The position numbers and the translations under genes were made by a program. A stretch of 53,445 nt of DNA, taken from NCBI GenBank assembly GCA_020027305.1, contig JAHRAM010000008.1, positions 1-53,445 of the forward strand, written 5' to 3'. Below the pieces are notes generated by a model. That model had not been told where the DNA came from and did no database searches. It worked only from the letters and a program-made list of their open reading frames with translations. This document shows, in pieces, positions 10,353 through 19,632 of the stretch. Origin of the DNA: Acidimicrobiia bacterium. GTDB lineage: Bacteria; Actinomycetota; Acidimicrobiia; Acidimicrobiales; Hopanoidiivorantaceae. Numbering within the stretch: position 1 is the first letter of the stretch; every line of letters begins with the position of its first letter.

Positions 10353-11502
10353 GCAACTTTCATATATAGCTGGTCAGGCCGCCGATGCGAGGCTAAACCT
10401 TGAACTTGAAACTGACGGCATGGTTATCAACCTTGGCCCGCAACACCCAGCAACTCATGGCACCCTTCGTCTAGTGGCTCGGCTGGAAGGCGAAGAAGTT
10501 GTAGAGGCAGAACCCATTATGGGCTACATGCACCGAGGCTATGAAAAGCTGGCAGAAGTTAGAACCTATCTACAGGTCACAGCCTTGATAAATCGCATTG
10601 ATTGGTTGGGTAGCTTTGCAAATGAGGTACCGTTCATCTTGGGGGCAGAACAGCTAATGGAAATTGAGGTTCCTGATAGAGCCCGCTGGATTCGCACCCT
10701 GCTATTTGAGCTTTCTCGTATTGCAAATATCTCTTTGTTCTTAGGCGAGATGGGTCTTCAGCTAGGTGCTGTCACGCCAGCCTTTTTTGCGTTTCGTGAC
10801 CGTGAATTTGTGTTAAACCAGATTGAGCAAGTGACTGGTGGGCGCTTCCATCCGAATTTTGATCGCATCGGTGGGTTAAAAGATGACCTGCCAGCTGGTT
10901 GGATTGCTGAAACAAAAAGCGTGATGAAGCGAATGCGAACATTTTGTGACGAGATTGAAGATTTGTTGGTAGGGAACGAAGTGTTTGAAACTCGCATGCG
11001 AGGCATCGGGGTTATTCCAGCAGAGGTTGGGTTGTCTTATGGGCTTTCTGGGGCAAACATTCGAGCTAGCGGAGTTGACTGGGATTTAAGAAGAGATGAG
11101 CCAGTAGGTTTGGTTTATGACCAACTAGATTGGAAAGTTTGGACTCATCCAGACGGCGATTCTTTTGCTAGATATTGGGTGCGCGTTCAAGAAGTAAGAG
11201 AAGCCACCAAGATGGTTGAACAAATCCTTGACGGTTTGCCATCGGGGCCAATAATGGCAAAGGTTCCTCGAATAATTAAAGTGCCAAAGGGTGAGGCTTA
11301 TATTCAAACTGAAAATCCATTGGGCGCGATGGGCTATTACATAATCTCAAAAGGCGACCTGACGCCTTTCCGCTTGAAGATTCGCTCAGCATCTTTTAAC
11401 AATATTTCAATCACTCCGTGGCTACTCAAGGGCACACTTGTTCCAGACATCATCACCATATTAGGTAGCCTCTATTTCATTTTGGGAGACATAGACAGAT
11501 GA
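10339..11502 (+). CDS. nuoD: NADH-quinone oxidoreductase subunit D (set 2)
   Basis: 49-kDa subunit motifs (NLGPQHPATHGTLRLV, GYMHRGYEKL, C-terminal LGDIDR). The ATG at 10339 is preferred over the track start at 10297 because AGGAAG precedes it and it overlaps the nuoC stop by 14 nt. Confidence 0.9.
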   Translation: MSQTEQLSYIAGQAADARLNLELETDGMVINLGPQHPATHGTLRLVARLEGEEVVEAEPIMGYMHRGYEKLAEVRTYLQVTALINRIDWLGSFANEVPFILGAEQLMEIEVPDRARWIRTLLFELSRIANISLFLGEMGLQLGAVTPAFFAFRDREFVLNQIEQVTGGRFHPNFDRIGGLKDDLPAGWIAETKSVMKRMRTFCDEIEDLLVGNEVFETRMRGIGVIPAEVGLSYGLSGANIRASGVDWDLRRDEPVGLVYDQLDWKVWTHPDGDSFARYWVRVQEVREATKMVEQILDGLPSGPIMAKVPRIIKVPKGEAYIQTENPLGAMGYYIISKGDLTPFRLKIRSASFNNISITPWLLKGTLVPDIITILGSLYFILGDIDR

Positions 11503-11512
11503 GGATAAAGAA

Positions 11513-12544
11513 ATGAGCATCTTTGCCATTGAATTGGCATTTTGGCAACAGACCATAATCAAGATGGTCGTAGTGGCAGCTGTCATTCCAGCAGCAGCTC
11601 TAGTTTTGGGATATGTGTTTTTGCTAAAGATGATGAGCTTTATGCAGAGTCGGCTTGGGCCGATGGAAGCTGGCCCCCACGGAACCCTACAACTATTGGC
11701 AGACGGGCTCAAGTTCTTACAGAAAGAAGACATTTTCCCAGACAAGGCAGACCGCAGATTGTTTGCCCTAGCACCAGTGGTGGTGCTTGTTTCAACCTTT
11801 CTTTTGTTCGTGGCTTTACCTGTTAGCCCAGAAGGAATAGTCGCCCGCCTAGACACTGGCATCTTTTATGCTCTAGCGGTTTCGTCTTTGTCAGTTGTTG
11901 GGATAATGATTGCAGGTTGGTCATCTGCTAATAAATATGCTCTGATGGGGTCGCTCCGTGCTGCTGGCCAGCTAATTGCCTATGAACTTCCGCTGGTGCT
12001 AGCAGTTGTTGGCGTGGTGATTCAGGCAGGAACGCTTGACTTACAAGGCATAGTTTTGGCGCAAGCAAATGGTGAAATCTTTGGATGGGGCGCGATTGGA
12101 AATCCATTCATCCTCACGCAGTTTGTGGGCTTTGCAATTTTTCTCACTGCTGTTCAAGCTGAGCTAACCCAGCCACCATTTGACATGCCAGTTGCTGAAA
12201 GTGAAATCGTGGGTGGCTATCAAGTTGAATATACAGGCTTTAGATTCCTATTCTTTTTTATGGCAGAGTTTGGAACAGCCTTTGTATTCGCTGGGCTTGC
12301 TTCGGTGTTGTTTTTGGGCGGATGGTACTTCCCTGGCTTTGACACTTGAAGCAATTGGCTCAATCTAGTTGGCCCAATAATTATGGTGGTTAAAATTATG
12401 GCAGTTGCTTTCTTAGTGTTTTGGGTTCGCTTCACATTTCCACGTTTTAGAGAAGACCAACTTCAAAAGATTGCATGGAAATACTTGATTCCACTTGCAC
12501 TTTTAAACATTGCCGTAACTGCTGTATTGAAAGTGGCACTATAA
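11513..12544 (+). CDS. nuoH: NADH-quinone oxidoreductase subunit H (set 2), interrupted by an in-frame TGA at 12347-12349
   Basis: The N-terminal 278 codons carry NuoH motifs (MQSRLGPMEAGPHG, LADGLKFLQKED, ESEIVGGYQVEYTGF). After the TGA, the same frame stays open for 64 more codons to the TAA at 12542-12544. Those codons encode the conserved NuoH C-terminus (FPRFREDQLQKIAWKYLIPLAL). Confidence 0.85.
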
Positions 12545-12573
12545 AACTATAAGAGAGGAGCAAAAGAAATAAT

Positions 12574-13137
12574 ATGAAAACAAAAAAGATACGAATGCCA
12601 GGATTCTTTAAAGGGCTAAAAGTCACCTTTATGACAATGCTAAAGACACTGTTTCCAGGCGGGCTGAAGAAACCGGTGCCAAACCCATCAGCGGGGGCAC
12701 ACACCGTTCAGTATCCTCGCGTGAAAGAACTTCCTCCGACTAGAGCTAGAGGTGTCATTGCCCTACACACTGAAAACTGCACCGCCTGTATGTTGTGTGC
12801 CAGAGAGTGCCCAGATTGGTGCATTTATATTGAAGGGCACAAAGAGCTTGCCCCGCCGAGACGAGAGGGCGGAAAGCCGAGGCAGGTCAACAAACTAGAT
12901 CGCTTTGACATTGACTTCGCTCTCTGTATGTATTGTGGTATTTGTGTAGAAGTATGTCCGTTTGATGCACTTTTCTGGAGCCCTGAATTTGAATACTCTG
13001 AGCCAAAGATTGACGACTTACTACACGATTCAAAACGTTTAACGAATTGGATGGACACAGTTCCTAGTTTCACAGAATATGAAGATGGCTCTGAACAAAA
13101 AGTTCGCGCAGTGCCCGACCCAGTGGAGAAAGTCTAA
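12574..13137 (+). CDS. nuoI: NADH-quinone oxidoreductase subunit I (set 2)
   Basis: Two ferredoxin-type cluster motifs ([24 protein letters not shown]). Operon position supports the call. Confidence 0.92.
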   Translation: MKTKKIRMPGFFKGLKVTFMTMLKTLFPGGLKKPVPNPSAGAHTVQYPRVKELPPTRARGVIALHTENCTACMLCARECPDWCIYIEGHKELAPPRREGGKPRQVNKLDRFDIDFALCMYCGICVEVCPFDALFWSPEFEYSEPKIDDLLHDSKRLTNWMDTVPSFTEYEDGSEQKVRAVPDPVEKV

Positions 13138-13652
13138 TGGTTGCACAAAACATCGCCTTTGGAGTTATGGTCGGCATTATGGGGCTTTCTGCCATTCGCG
13201 TGGTCACCACCAGAAATGTTGTTCATGCTGCTCTTTATTTAATGGTGGTGTTGGCAACTGTGGCAGGGCTGTTTCTTTTGTTGGGGGCAGAGTTTCTTGG
13301 CATTACCCAAGTTCTCATATATATAGGTGCTGTGATTGTGCTGTTCTTGTTCGGTATTATGCTCACAGGAGCCCGCATTGGCAAAGAAAAGTTGTTAAGC
13401 CATAGGAATAAAGTGCCAGCTTTAATGATTGCTACAGTTATAACGGCTGTTAGTATTTATGCAGCCATTGATTATTTTGGGGCAGACAAACTCCCTGAAG
13501 AAACAAGAACCAGCACTAAAGAAGTCGCCAATTCTCTATTTTCACAATACATCATTCCATTTGAAGTAGCATCAGTTTTGCTTTTGGCAGCATTAATTGG
13601 GGCGATTGTAATAGCACGGCGAGAACCACACGAGGAGAACCTAACGAAATGA
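13137..13652 (+). CDS. nuoJ: NADH-quinone oxidoreductase subunit J (set 2)
   Basis: Hydrophobic ND6-like protein (TQVLIYIGAVIVLFLFGIML). Start overlaps the nuoI stop. Confidence 0.88.
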   Translation: MVAQNIAFGVMVGIMGLSAIRVVTTRNVVHAALYLMVVLATVAGLFLLLGAEFLGITQVLIYIGAVIVLFLFGIMLTGARIGKEKLLSHRNKVPALMIATVITAVSIYAAIDYFGADKLPEETRTSTKEVANSLFSQYIIPFEVASVLLLAALIGAIVIARREPHEENLTK

Positions 13653-13948
13653 CAGTCACCCAGTTTGTAATTGCCTCTGCAGTGCTGTTTTCCATTGGGG
13701 TTTATGGCGTGCTTGTCAGACGAAGCGCGGTTATGGTGTTGATGTCAGTAGAGCTGATATTGAATTCTGTAAATATCAACTTAGTAGCATTTGGGGCATT
13801 ACACGACAACATTGCTGGTGAAGTTTTTGCATTGTTCGTTATTACGGTGGCAGCAGCTGAGGTGGGTGTGGGGCTTGCCTTAGTGTTGCTCATATTTAGA
13901 AATCGCAAGAACATAAACATTCACGAAGTGGACTTAATGAAAGGCTGA
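13649..13948 (+). CDS. nuoK: NADH-quinone oxidoreductase subunit K (set 2)
   Basis: 99-aa ND4L-like protein (SVELILNSVNIN, AAAEVGVGLAL). ATGA overlap with nuoJ. Confidence 0.92.
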   Translation: MTVTQFVIASAVLFSIGVYGVLVRRSAVMVLMSVELILNSVNINLVAFGALHDNIAGEVFALFVITVAAAEVGVGLALVLLIFRNRKNINIHEVDLMKG

Positions 13949-13955
13949 TTGAGAG

Positions 13956-16061
13956 ATGACCGCAACAATATTTGCAGCAGCAGAAACCTCGACAGAAGCA
14001 GCTCATCAAGCAACGGGCTGGTTCCTAGACAACATTTGGATTCTGCCACTCATGCCCGCATTGTCATTTTTTGCCATCTTGTTTTTAGGAAAGAAGATGC
14101 GTTGTCGTGGTTCTGACCCAGGGTTGCTCACAACAGGATTGGCACTGGCATTTTCAATTGCTGCTGGCATTCAGTGGCTTGGTTCAGTTGGGGAAGGTGG
14201 AACCCTTCCAGTGGTTGGGGAGTGGAAATGGTATTCTGCTGCAGGATTTGATTTGAGCGTAGGAACTCTGGTGGATGGCTTAACAATTGCAATGATATTT
14301 GTTGTGTCGCTGGTATCTTTTTTGGTTCATGTTTATTCAACCGATTATGTGAAAGGCGATAGGCGCTACACCCATTACTTTGCTTTCTTATCGTTATTTA
14401 CGGCATCTATGCTTTTGCTGGTGATTTCTAATTCAACCATCCAAATGATTGTGGCATGGGAGCTGGTGGGAGTGTGCTCGTTTTCACTCATTAGCCACTG
14501 GTGGGAAGACAAGTCAAATTCTGGTGCTGGGCTTAAAGCCATGCTCACCAACCGAGTGGGCGATATAGGCTTGCTCATCGGGGTTGCTATCTTATTCTTT
14601 GCAGCAGGTGGAACATTTTCAGTTCTAGAGATAAACTCGCTAGCACTTTCTGGGGGCATATCTCACCTAGTGCTTTTGGTTGCAGCTTGTGCTTTGCTGG
14701 CAGCAGTGGCATCTAAGTCAGGGCAGTTTCCATTATATACATGGTTGCCAGATGCTATGGCTGGACCAACTCCAGTATCTGCCCTAATACATGCTGCCAC
14801 TATGGTTGTGGCGGGAGTATTTTTAGTGGCAAGGCTCTATGGAGTTTTCTTTGAGGGCTTTGCCATTGCTGGCTCTTCCATCAACCTCTTAGCACTTATT
14901 GGTGCAGCCACTACTATATTTGGCGCCACCTTAGCTTTTGCTCAAACCGATATTAAACGGGTTTTAGCATATTCCACTATTAGCCAGCTTGGCTATATGG
15001 TAATGGCGTTGGGGGTAGGAGCATGGACAGCTGCAATATTTCATCTGTTCACTCACGCCTTCTTCAAGGCATGCCTATTTTTGGGGTCAGGGTCGGTCAG
15101 CCACGCTGCTGGAGGAACATTTGATATGCGAAAAATGGGCGGGCTGAAGCAGCATATGCCCCACACATATAAAACATTTTTAATCGCTTCACTTGCTCTG
15201 GCAGGCGTGGCACCGTTGGCAGGTTTTTGGTCAAAAGATGAAATCCTAGCAGGCACAGGAGGTTGGGGAATATTTGGTGGCACTGGTGGAAACGGAGCCT
15301 ACACTCTTATGATTGTGATGGGGCTTATCACAACTGCTCTAACAGCAGCCTATATGACCAGATGCGTATATATGACTTTCCACGGCGATTATCGTGGTGA
15401 GGGGCACCCACACGAATCAGGCAAACGCATTGTGGTTCCGCTTTGGGTGTTGGCAGGGTTAGCGACAGTTGCTGGCTTAGTAAACCTACCCAAAGGATTT
15501 CAGCTTGTGCCAAAGAGTTGGACTGAAAGGTTTGGGCACTTCATAGAACCACACGGAGTTACATATTTCCCAAAGATTGAACACGCAACCCCATCTTGGA
15601 CGCTTGGCATCTTTTCAATCATTGTGGCTGGGGCAGGCATTTCTCTAACCGTTTTATATATTAAGCGAAAACAACAAATAGCTGAGAGAACAAGTCAAAG
15701 CAAACTAGCTTCTGTTGGCTACAACATTTTAGTGAACAAGTATTACCTCGACCATCTATATTCTGGCATCATCACAAAAACAGTTAGAGGGCCATTGGCC
15801 GCTGGGGTTAATCGTTTTGACAAAACTGTTATTGATGGAGTAGTAAATGCCGCTGGCAAAACTTCGGTGGCTGCTGGAAACATCATCTATAACCAAATCG
15901 ATCAAAAAATCGTAGACGGGCTTGTAAATGCTACCGCAATTCAAACCGAAGAAGCAGGTGAGGAACTGCGAAAAATACAAACTGGCAAAGTTCAGCACTA
16001 CGGCAGCATAATGTTTGCTTCTGCTATCGTGTTTACACTTTTAATAATCATTTTCATATAG
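13956..16061 (+). CDS. nuoL: NADH-quinone oxidoreductase subunit L (set 2)
   Basis: 701-aa ND5-type protein (WLPDAMAGPTPVSALIHAATMVVAGVFL, KRVLAYSTISQLGYM, GFWSKDEILAG). Confidence 0.93.
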   Translation: MTATIFAAAETSTEAAHQATGWFLDNIWILPLMPALSFFAILFLGKKMRCRGSDPGLLTTGLALAFSIAAGIQWLGSVGEGGTLPVVGEWKWYSAAGFDLSVGTLVDGLTIAMIFVVSLVSFLVHVYSTDYVKGDRRYTHYFAFLSLFTASMLLLVISNSTIQMIVAWELVGVCSFSLISHWWEDKSNSGAGLKAMLTNRVGDIGLLIGVAILFFAAGGTFSVLEINSLALSGGISHLVLLVAACALLAAVASKSGQFPLYTWLPDAMAGPTPVSALIHAATMVVAGVFLVARLYGVFFEGFAIAGSSINLLALIGAATTIFGATLAFAQTDIKRVLAYSTISQLGYMVMALGVGAWTAAIFHLFTHAFFKACLFLGSGSVSHAAGGTFDMRKMGGLKQHMPHTYKTFLIASLALAGVAPLAGFWSKDEILAGTGGWGIFGGTGGNGAYTLMIVMGLITTALTAAYMTRCVYMTFHGDYRGEGHPHESGKRIVVPLWVLAGLATVAGLVNLPKGFQLVPKSWTERFGHFIEPHGVTYFPKIEHATPSWTLGIFSIIVAGAGISLTVLYIKRKQQIAERTSQSKLASVGYNILVNKYYLDHLYSGIITKTVRGPLAAGVNRFDKTVIDGVVNAAGKTSVAAGNIIYNQIDQKIVDGLVNATAIQTEEAGEELRKIQTGKVQHYGSIMFASAIVFTLLIIIFI

Positions 16062-16128
16062 GAGCCAAATAACTTTCAATCAGAAATTTTAAATACACAT
16101 ATAAAAAGGAGAATAAGGAGAAAGAAAT

Positions 16129-17817
16129 ATGAATCAATTTTTAGATGATTTTGGATTGAGCATCATGGTATTTGTTCCGCTCATAACGGGGCTTATCATC
16201 ATGCTCATCCCACGAGCAAAAGAGGAGCTCATAAAGCAATTGGCGCTGGGGAGCTCACTTGCCACGCTCGGATGGGCGATACTGCTGACGGTGCGATTTG
16301 ATATTGATAACGCCTCAACTCTCCAATTTGTAGTAGATACAGATTGGATAACCGCTATCGGCAGCAGATACATAATGGGTATTGATGGGCTTGCTCTTCC
16401 ATTGATCTTGCTCACAACGTTGATTGTTCCGCTGTGTATAATTTATTCCTTTAACCATTGGCCTGAGCCAGCTAACCCCAAGTCATTTTTAACGCTCATT
16501 TTGATTTTAGAAACTGGAATGCTTGGGACATTTGTGGCACAAGACCTCATCTTGTTCTTCGTCTTCTTTGAAGTTGTGCTTTTGCCAATGTATTTTATGA
16601 TTGGTGTTTGGGGTGGGCAAAATCGGCGCTATGCCTCGCTAAAGTTTTTCCTTTACACACTATTTGGTTCGGCGCTGATGCTCATTAGTTTTCTAGCGCT
16701 CTATTTCTTAGCTGATGGAACTGCCGCTGGGCTAGATGTTGTTAATACATTTGACATGAGAGCATTGAGCGATGGAGCTACGGGAGCAATTGCCAGAACC
16801 AGCCAGCTCTGGATTTTTGCTGGAATGTTTTTGGGGTTTGGTGTGAAAGTTCCAATATTTCCATTTCACACATGGCTGCCCGATGCCCACACTGAAGCGC
16901 CTACTGTTGGGTCGGTGATTTTGGCAGCCGTATTATTAAAGCTCGGAACTTATGGGTTTGTGCGAATTGCCATTCCGATATTGCCAGAAGCTGCCAGTGC
17001 ATGGGCGCCAGTTATAGGCGTTCTTGCAGTTATTGGAATTATTTATGGAGCCTTAGGGTGTTTGGCGCAAAAAGACTTAAAGCGGTTGATTGCCTTTTCA
17101 TCGGTTGCACATATGGGGTTTGTGATGTTAGGCATCGCCACCCTGACCAACATCGGCATCACAGCTGCTGTGTTTGGAATGGTTGCACACGGCCTCATAA
17201 CTGGGATGCTGTTTTTTCTCGCTGGTTCCATCAAAGAGCGCTATCACACATTAGATATGTCAAAGCTAGGCGGGTTGCTTACTGATGCCCCTCGCATGGG
17301 TTGGGTTGTAGCGTTTTGCGCTATGGCGTCTTTGGGGTTGCCAGGGCTGGCAGGCTTTTGGGGGGAATTCCCAGTTATCTTGGCATCGTATTCCCCCGCA
17401 GCCATTTTAAGTGAGTCAATGTTTAGAACATTTATGGTTATAGCTGCTGTGGGAACTGTTCTGGCAGCTGGCTACCTTTTGTGGATGCTACAAAAAGCTG
17501 CATTTGGAACTGCCGGCGGAGGCTCAGTTGATTTAACTCCTGGGGCAACACCGCATAACGGAGATGGAGACGACCATCTTCCTAAAGCCAACACTGCCAT
17601 TAAAGACACAACTAAACGGGAGTGGATAGCATGGGCGCCGCTCCTAGTTTTGATTTTGGGGCTGGGCGTTTATCCACGATTAGTTCATGAGGTGGTGGAG
17701 CCAGCTACAGAAAAATCTCTCGAAATTAATGTTGGAAACATTAAGTATGATTGCCTAGAGCTTTCCCCAAGCTCAGCCACCGATTGCTTCAATGAGATAA
17801 GAAACAGAAATGGTTAG
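16129..17817 (+). CDS. nuoM: NADH-quinone oxidoreductase subunit M (set 2)
   Basis: ND4-type motifs (FFVFFEVVLLPMYFMIG, HTWLPDAHTEAPTVGSVILAAVLLKLGTYG). It has a hydrophilic C-terminal tail containing two Cys. Confidence 0.93.
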   Translation: MNQFLDDFGLSIMVFVPLITGLIIMLIPRAKEELIKQLALGSSLATLGWAILLTVRFDIDNASTLQFVVDTDWITAIGSRYIMGIDGLALPLILLTTLIVPLCIIYSFNHWPEPANPKSFLTLILILETGMLGTFVAQDLILFFVFFEVVLLPMYFMIGVWGGQNRRYASLKFFLYTLFGSALMLISFLALYFLADGTAAGLDVVNTFDMRALSDGATGAIARTSQLWIFAGMFLGFGVKVPIFPFHTWLPDAHTEAPTVGSVILAAVLLKLGTYGFVRIAIPILPEAASAWAPVIGVLAVIGIIYGALGCLAQKDLKRLIAFSSVAHMGFVMLGIATLTNIGITAAVFGMVAHGLITGMLFFLAGSIKERYHTLDMSKLGGLLTDAPRMGWVVAFCAMASLGLPGLAGFWGEFPVILASYSPAAILSESMFRTFMVIAAVGTVLAAGYLLWMLQKAAFGTAGGGSVDLTPGATPHNGDGDDHLPKANTAIKDTTKREWIAWAPLLVLILGLGVYPRLVHEVVEPATEKSLEINVGNIKYDCLELSPSSATDCFNEIRNRNG

Positions 17818-17876
17818 GCAAAAAACACTTATAACTGATATTTAATCGTCTTAACTATAAAACAATAATTTGATAA

Positions 17877-19511
17877 ATGATATTCGCACTAGCAGAGTCA
17901 ATAATTGAACCATTAGCTGAGTTTTCGCGCCCAGCTATTGATTGGCACGCTCTTTCCCCTGAGCTAACACTTTTGGGAGTGGGCGTTTTAGTGACGGTGC
18001 TAGACATTCTTTACAAAGAGCGGGGTAAGCAGATAATGTTGGTCATAACGGGTCTAGGATTTTTGGCCGCACTCATCCCCATCATTACACTTGCTGTTGA
18101 TGGCGTGGCATCTGAACCGCGTATTTTATTTAACGGCGCCTATGTGGTTGATGGCTTTTCACTCATTTTGAAGGCGATGTTTTTGATAGCAGGCTATGTA
18201 GTTGTGTTGCTGTCAAGTCAATATGTGGCAGATGGGGACTATTGGGAAAATGAATATTATGGGTTGCTAAGTGCATCATTGCTTGGAATGTTGGTGATGA
18301 CTTCAGCTCGTGACCTAATTACAATATTTGTGGCACTAGAACTTCTTTCCATCCCGATTTACATGCTTGCCACTTGGAATAAGCGAAATCCAAAGGGCAA
18401 TGAAGCTGGCATTAAATATTATCTCACAGGAGTTTTTGCTTCGGGCATAATGCTCTATGGAATGTCGCTCATTTTTGGTGCTTCGGGAAGCACCATTCTT
18501 AAAGATATATTTAGCTCACCCGACTTTTTGCGTTCTGAGTCAAGTGCATTTGTAGTTCTAGGAATTGTTTTTTCACTGTCTGCTTTTGCATTCAAGGTTT
18601 CTGGCTTTCCATTCCACACTTGGGCGCCCGATACTTATGAAGGCGCACCGACCCCAGTAACCGCATTTTTGTCGGTGGCATCTAAAGCTGCTGGCTTTGT
18701 GGCACTCATGCAACTTATCGTGGTGGGATTTTATGGAAGAGAAGATGTATATGCTCCGCTGATGTGGTTTTTGGCGGCAGCCTCAATGACGGGTGGAAAC
18801 ATCATCGCTCTTCGCCAGAAAAACATTGTTCGCTTGATGGCATATTCAGGCGTGGCACAAGCTGGGTTTATGCTGGCGCCGTTGGCAGTGGTTGGAGTTT
18901 CAACTACATCAGCCGACCAAGGCATCTCATCAATCATTGCATATTTGGTGATTTATACCGCTATGAACCTAGGTGTCTTTGGCATTATTTTGGTGGTGGC
19001 TAGACGAACCAGAAGTGGGGATGTGAAATCTTACAATGGGCTTTTCTCGGTGGCGCCAACTATGGCTGTGTTAATGACGATATTTTTAATGTCGCTTGCT
19101 GGGGTCCCACCGCTGGGAGGCTGGTACGCTAAGTTCTCAATCTTTAGAGCCTTGATTTCTGCTAACACAGTTTCAGGATATGTGCTTGCTGGTGTTGCTG
19201 CCGTTAACACTGTGATAGCGCTGGGATATTACGGACGCCTTGCTGCCCGAATGTGGTTTGAAAAACCTGCTGAAGAACTTGAAATCGTTGGCGGTGCCAG
19301 TGAAATTGGAAGCAGCGAAAATGCTGAAGTCGAAAATGGAAGCGATGTAAGTGTGGAAAATGCCTATGAAAAACAAATTGTTGGAGTGAAGCAAACGATA
19401 AAGGCCCCATTTAGTTTGGGGATAGCTCTTGGCATTACTCTCATAGCCACATTGTTATTTGGCATAGTTCCAGGAACCCTCACTCATTTCACGACTGTCA
19501 GCTTGTTTTAA
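17877..19511 (+). CDS. nuoN: NADH-quinone oxidoreductase subunit N (set 2)
   Basis: ND2-type motifs (ALELLSIPIYMLA, PFHTWAPDTYEGAPTPVTAFLS, VRLMAYSGVAQAGF). Confidence 0.92.
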   Translation: MIFALAESIIEPLAEFSRPAIDWHALSPELTLLGVGVLVTVLDILYKERGKQIMLVITGLGFLAALIPIITLAVDGVASEPRILFNGAYVVDGFSLILKAMFLIAGYVVVLLSSQYVADGDYWENEYYGLLSASLLGMLVMTSARDLITIFVALELLSIPIYMLATWNKRNPKGNEAGIKYYLTGVFASGIMLYGMSLIFGASGSTILKDIFSSPDFLRSESSAFVVLGIVFSLSAFAFKVSGFPFHTWAPDTYEGAPTPVTAFLSVASKAAGFVALMQLIVVGFYGREDVYAPLMWFLAAASMTGGNIIALRQKNIVRLMAYSGVAQAGFMLAPLAVVGVSTTSADQGISSIIAYLVIYTAMNLGVFGIILVVARRTRSGDVKSYNGLFSVAPTMAVLMTIFLMSLAGVPPLGGWYAKFSIFRALISANTVSGYVLAGVAAVNTVIALGYYGRLAARMWFEKPAEELEIVGGASEIGSSENAEVENGSDVSVENAYEKQIVGVKQTIKAPFSLGIALGITLIATLLFGIVPGTLTHFTTVSLF

Positions 19512-19632
19512 CCTCTAACTCATTTTCACCCATATTTCTAAGCTCTATTTTTAATTTGCTTTTTTGTCGCTAATTTGTTTCCTTTCACATTTTCTATTCT
19601 GTAAATAAACCAACCACAAATAAAATTGTCTT

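Noticed and set aside
12347-12349. TGA reassigned to Trp or Gly (genetic code 4 or 25) as the explanation for the nuoH2 stop.
   Set aside because: At least nine neighbouring genes terminate precisely at TGA with correct operon junctions. TGA is therefore an ordinary stop codon in this genome.
12347-12400. Selenocysteine insertion at the nuoH2 TGA.
   Set aside because: No convincing SECIS-like hairpin follows the codon; the best is a 5-bp ATTGG/CCAAT stem with a 15-nt loop. NuoH is not a known selenoprotein, and the site is a poorly conserved loop.
836-19410. Many 60-140-aa ORFs antisense to, or out of frame within, the nuo genes (for example 836-1042, 1670-1897, 5936-6361, 11461-11862, 12447-12704, 14375-14659).
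   Set aside because: They lie entirely inside long ORFs with unmistakable Nuo motifs. Their translations are low-complexity or biased, and none has an RBS or motif. They are treated as shadow ORFs.
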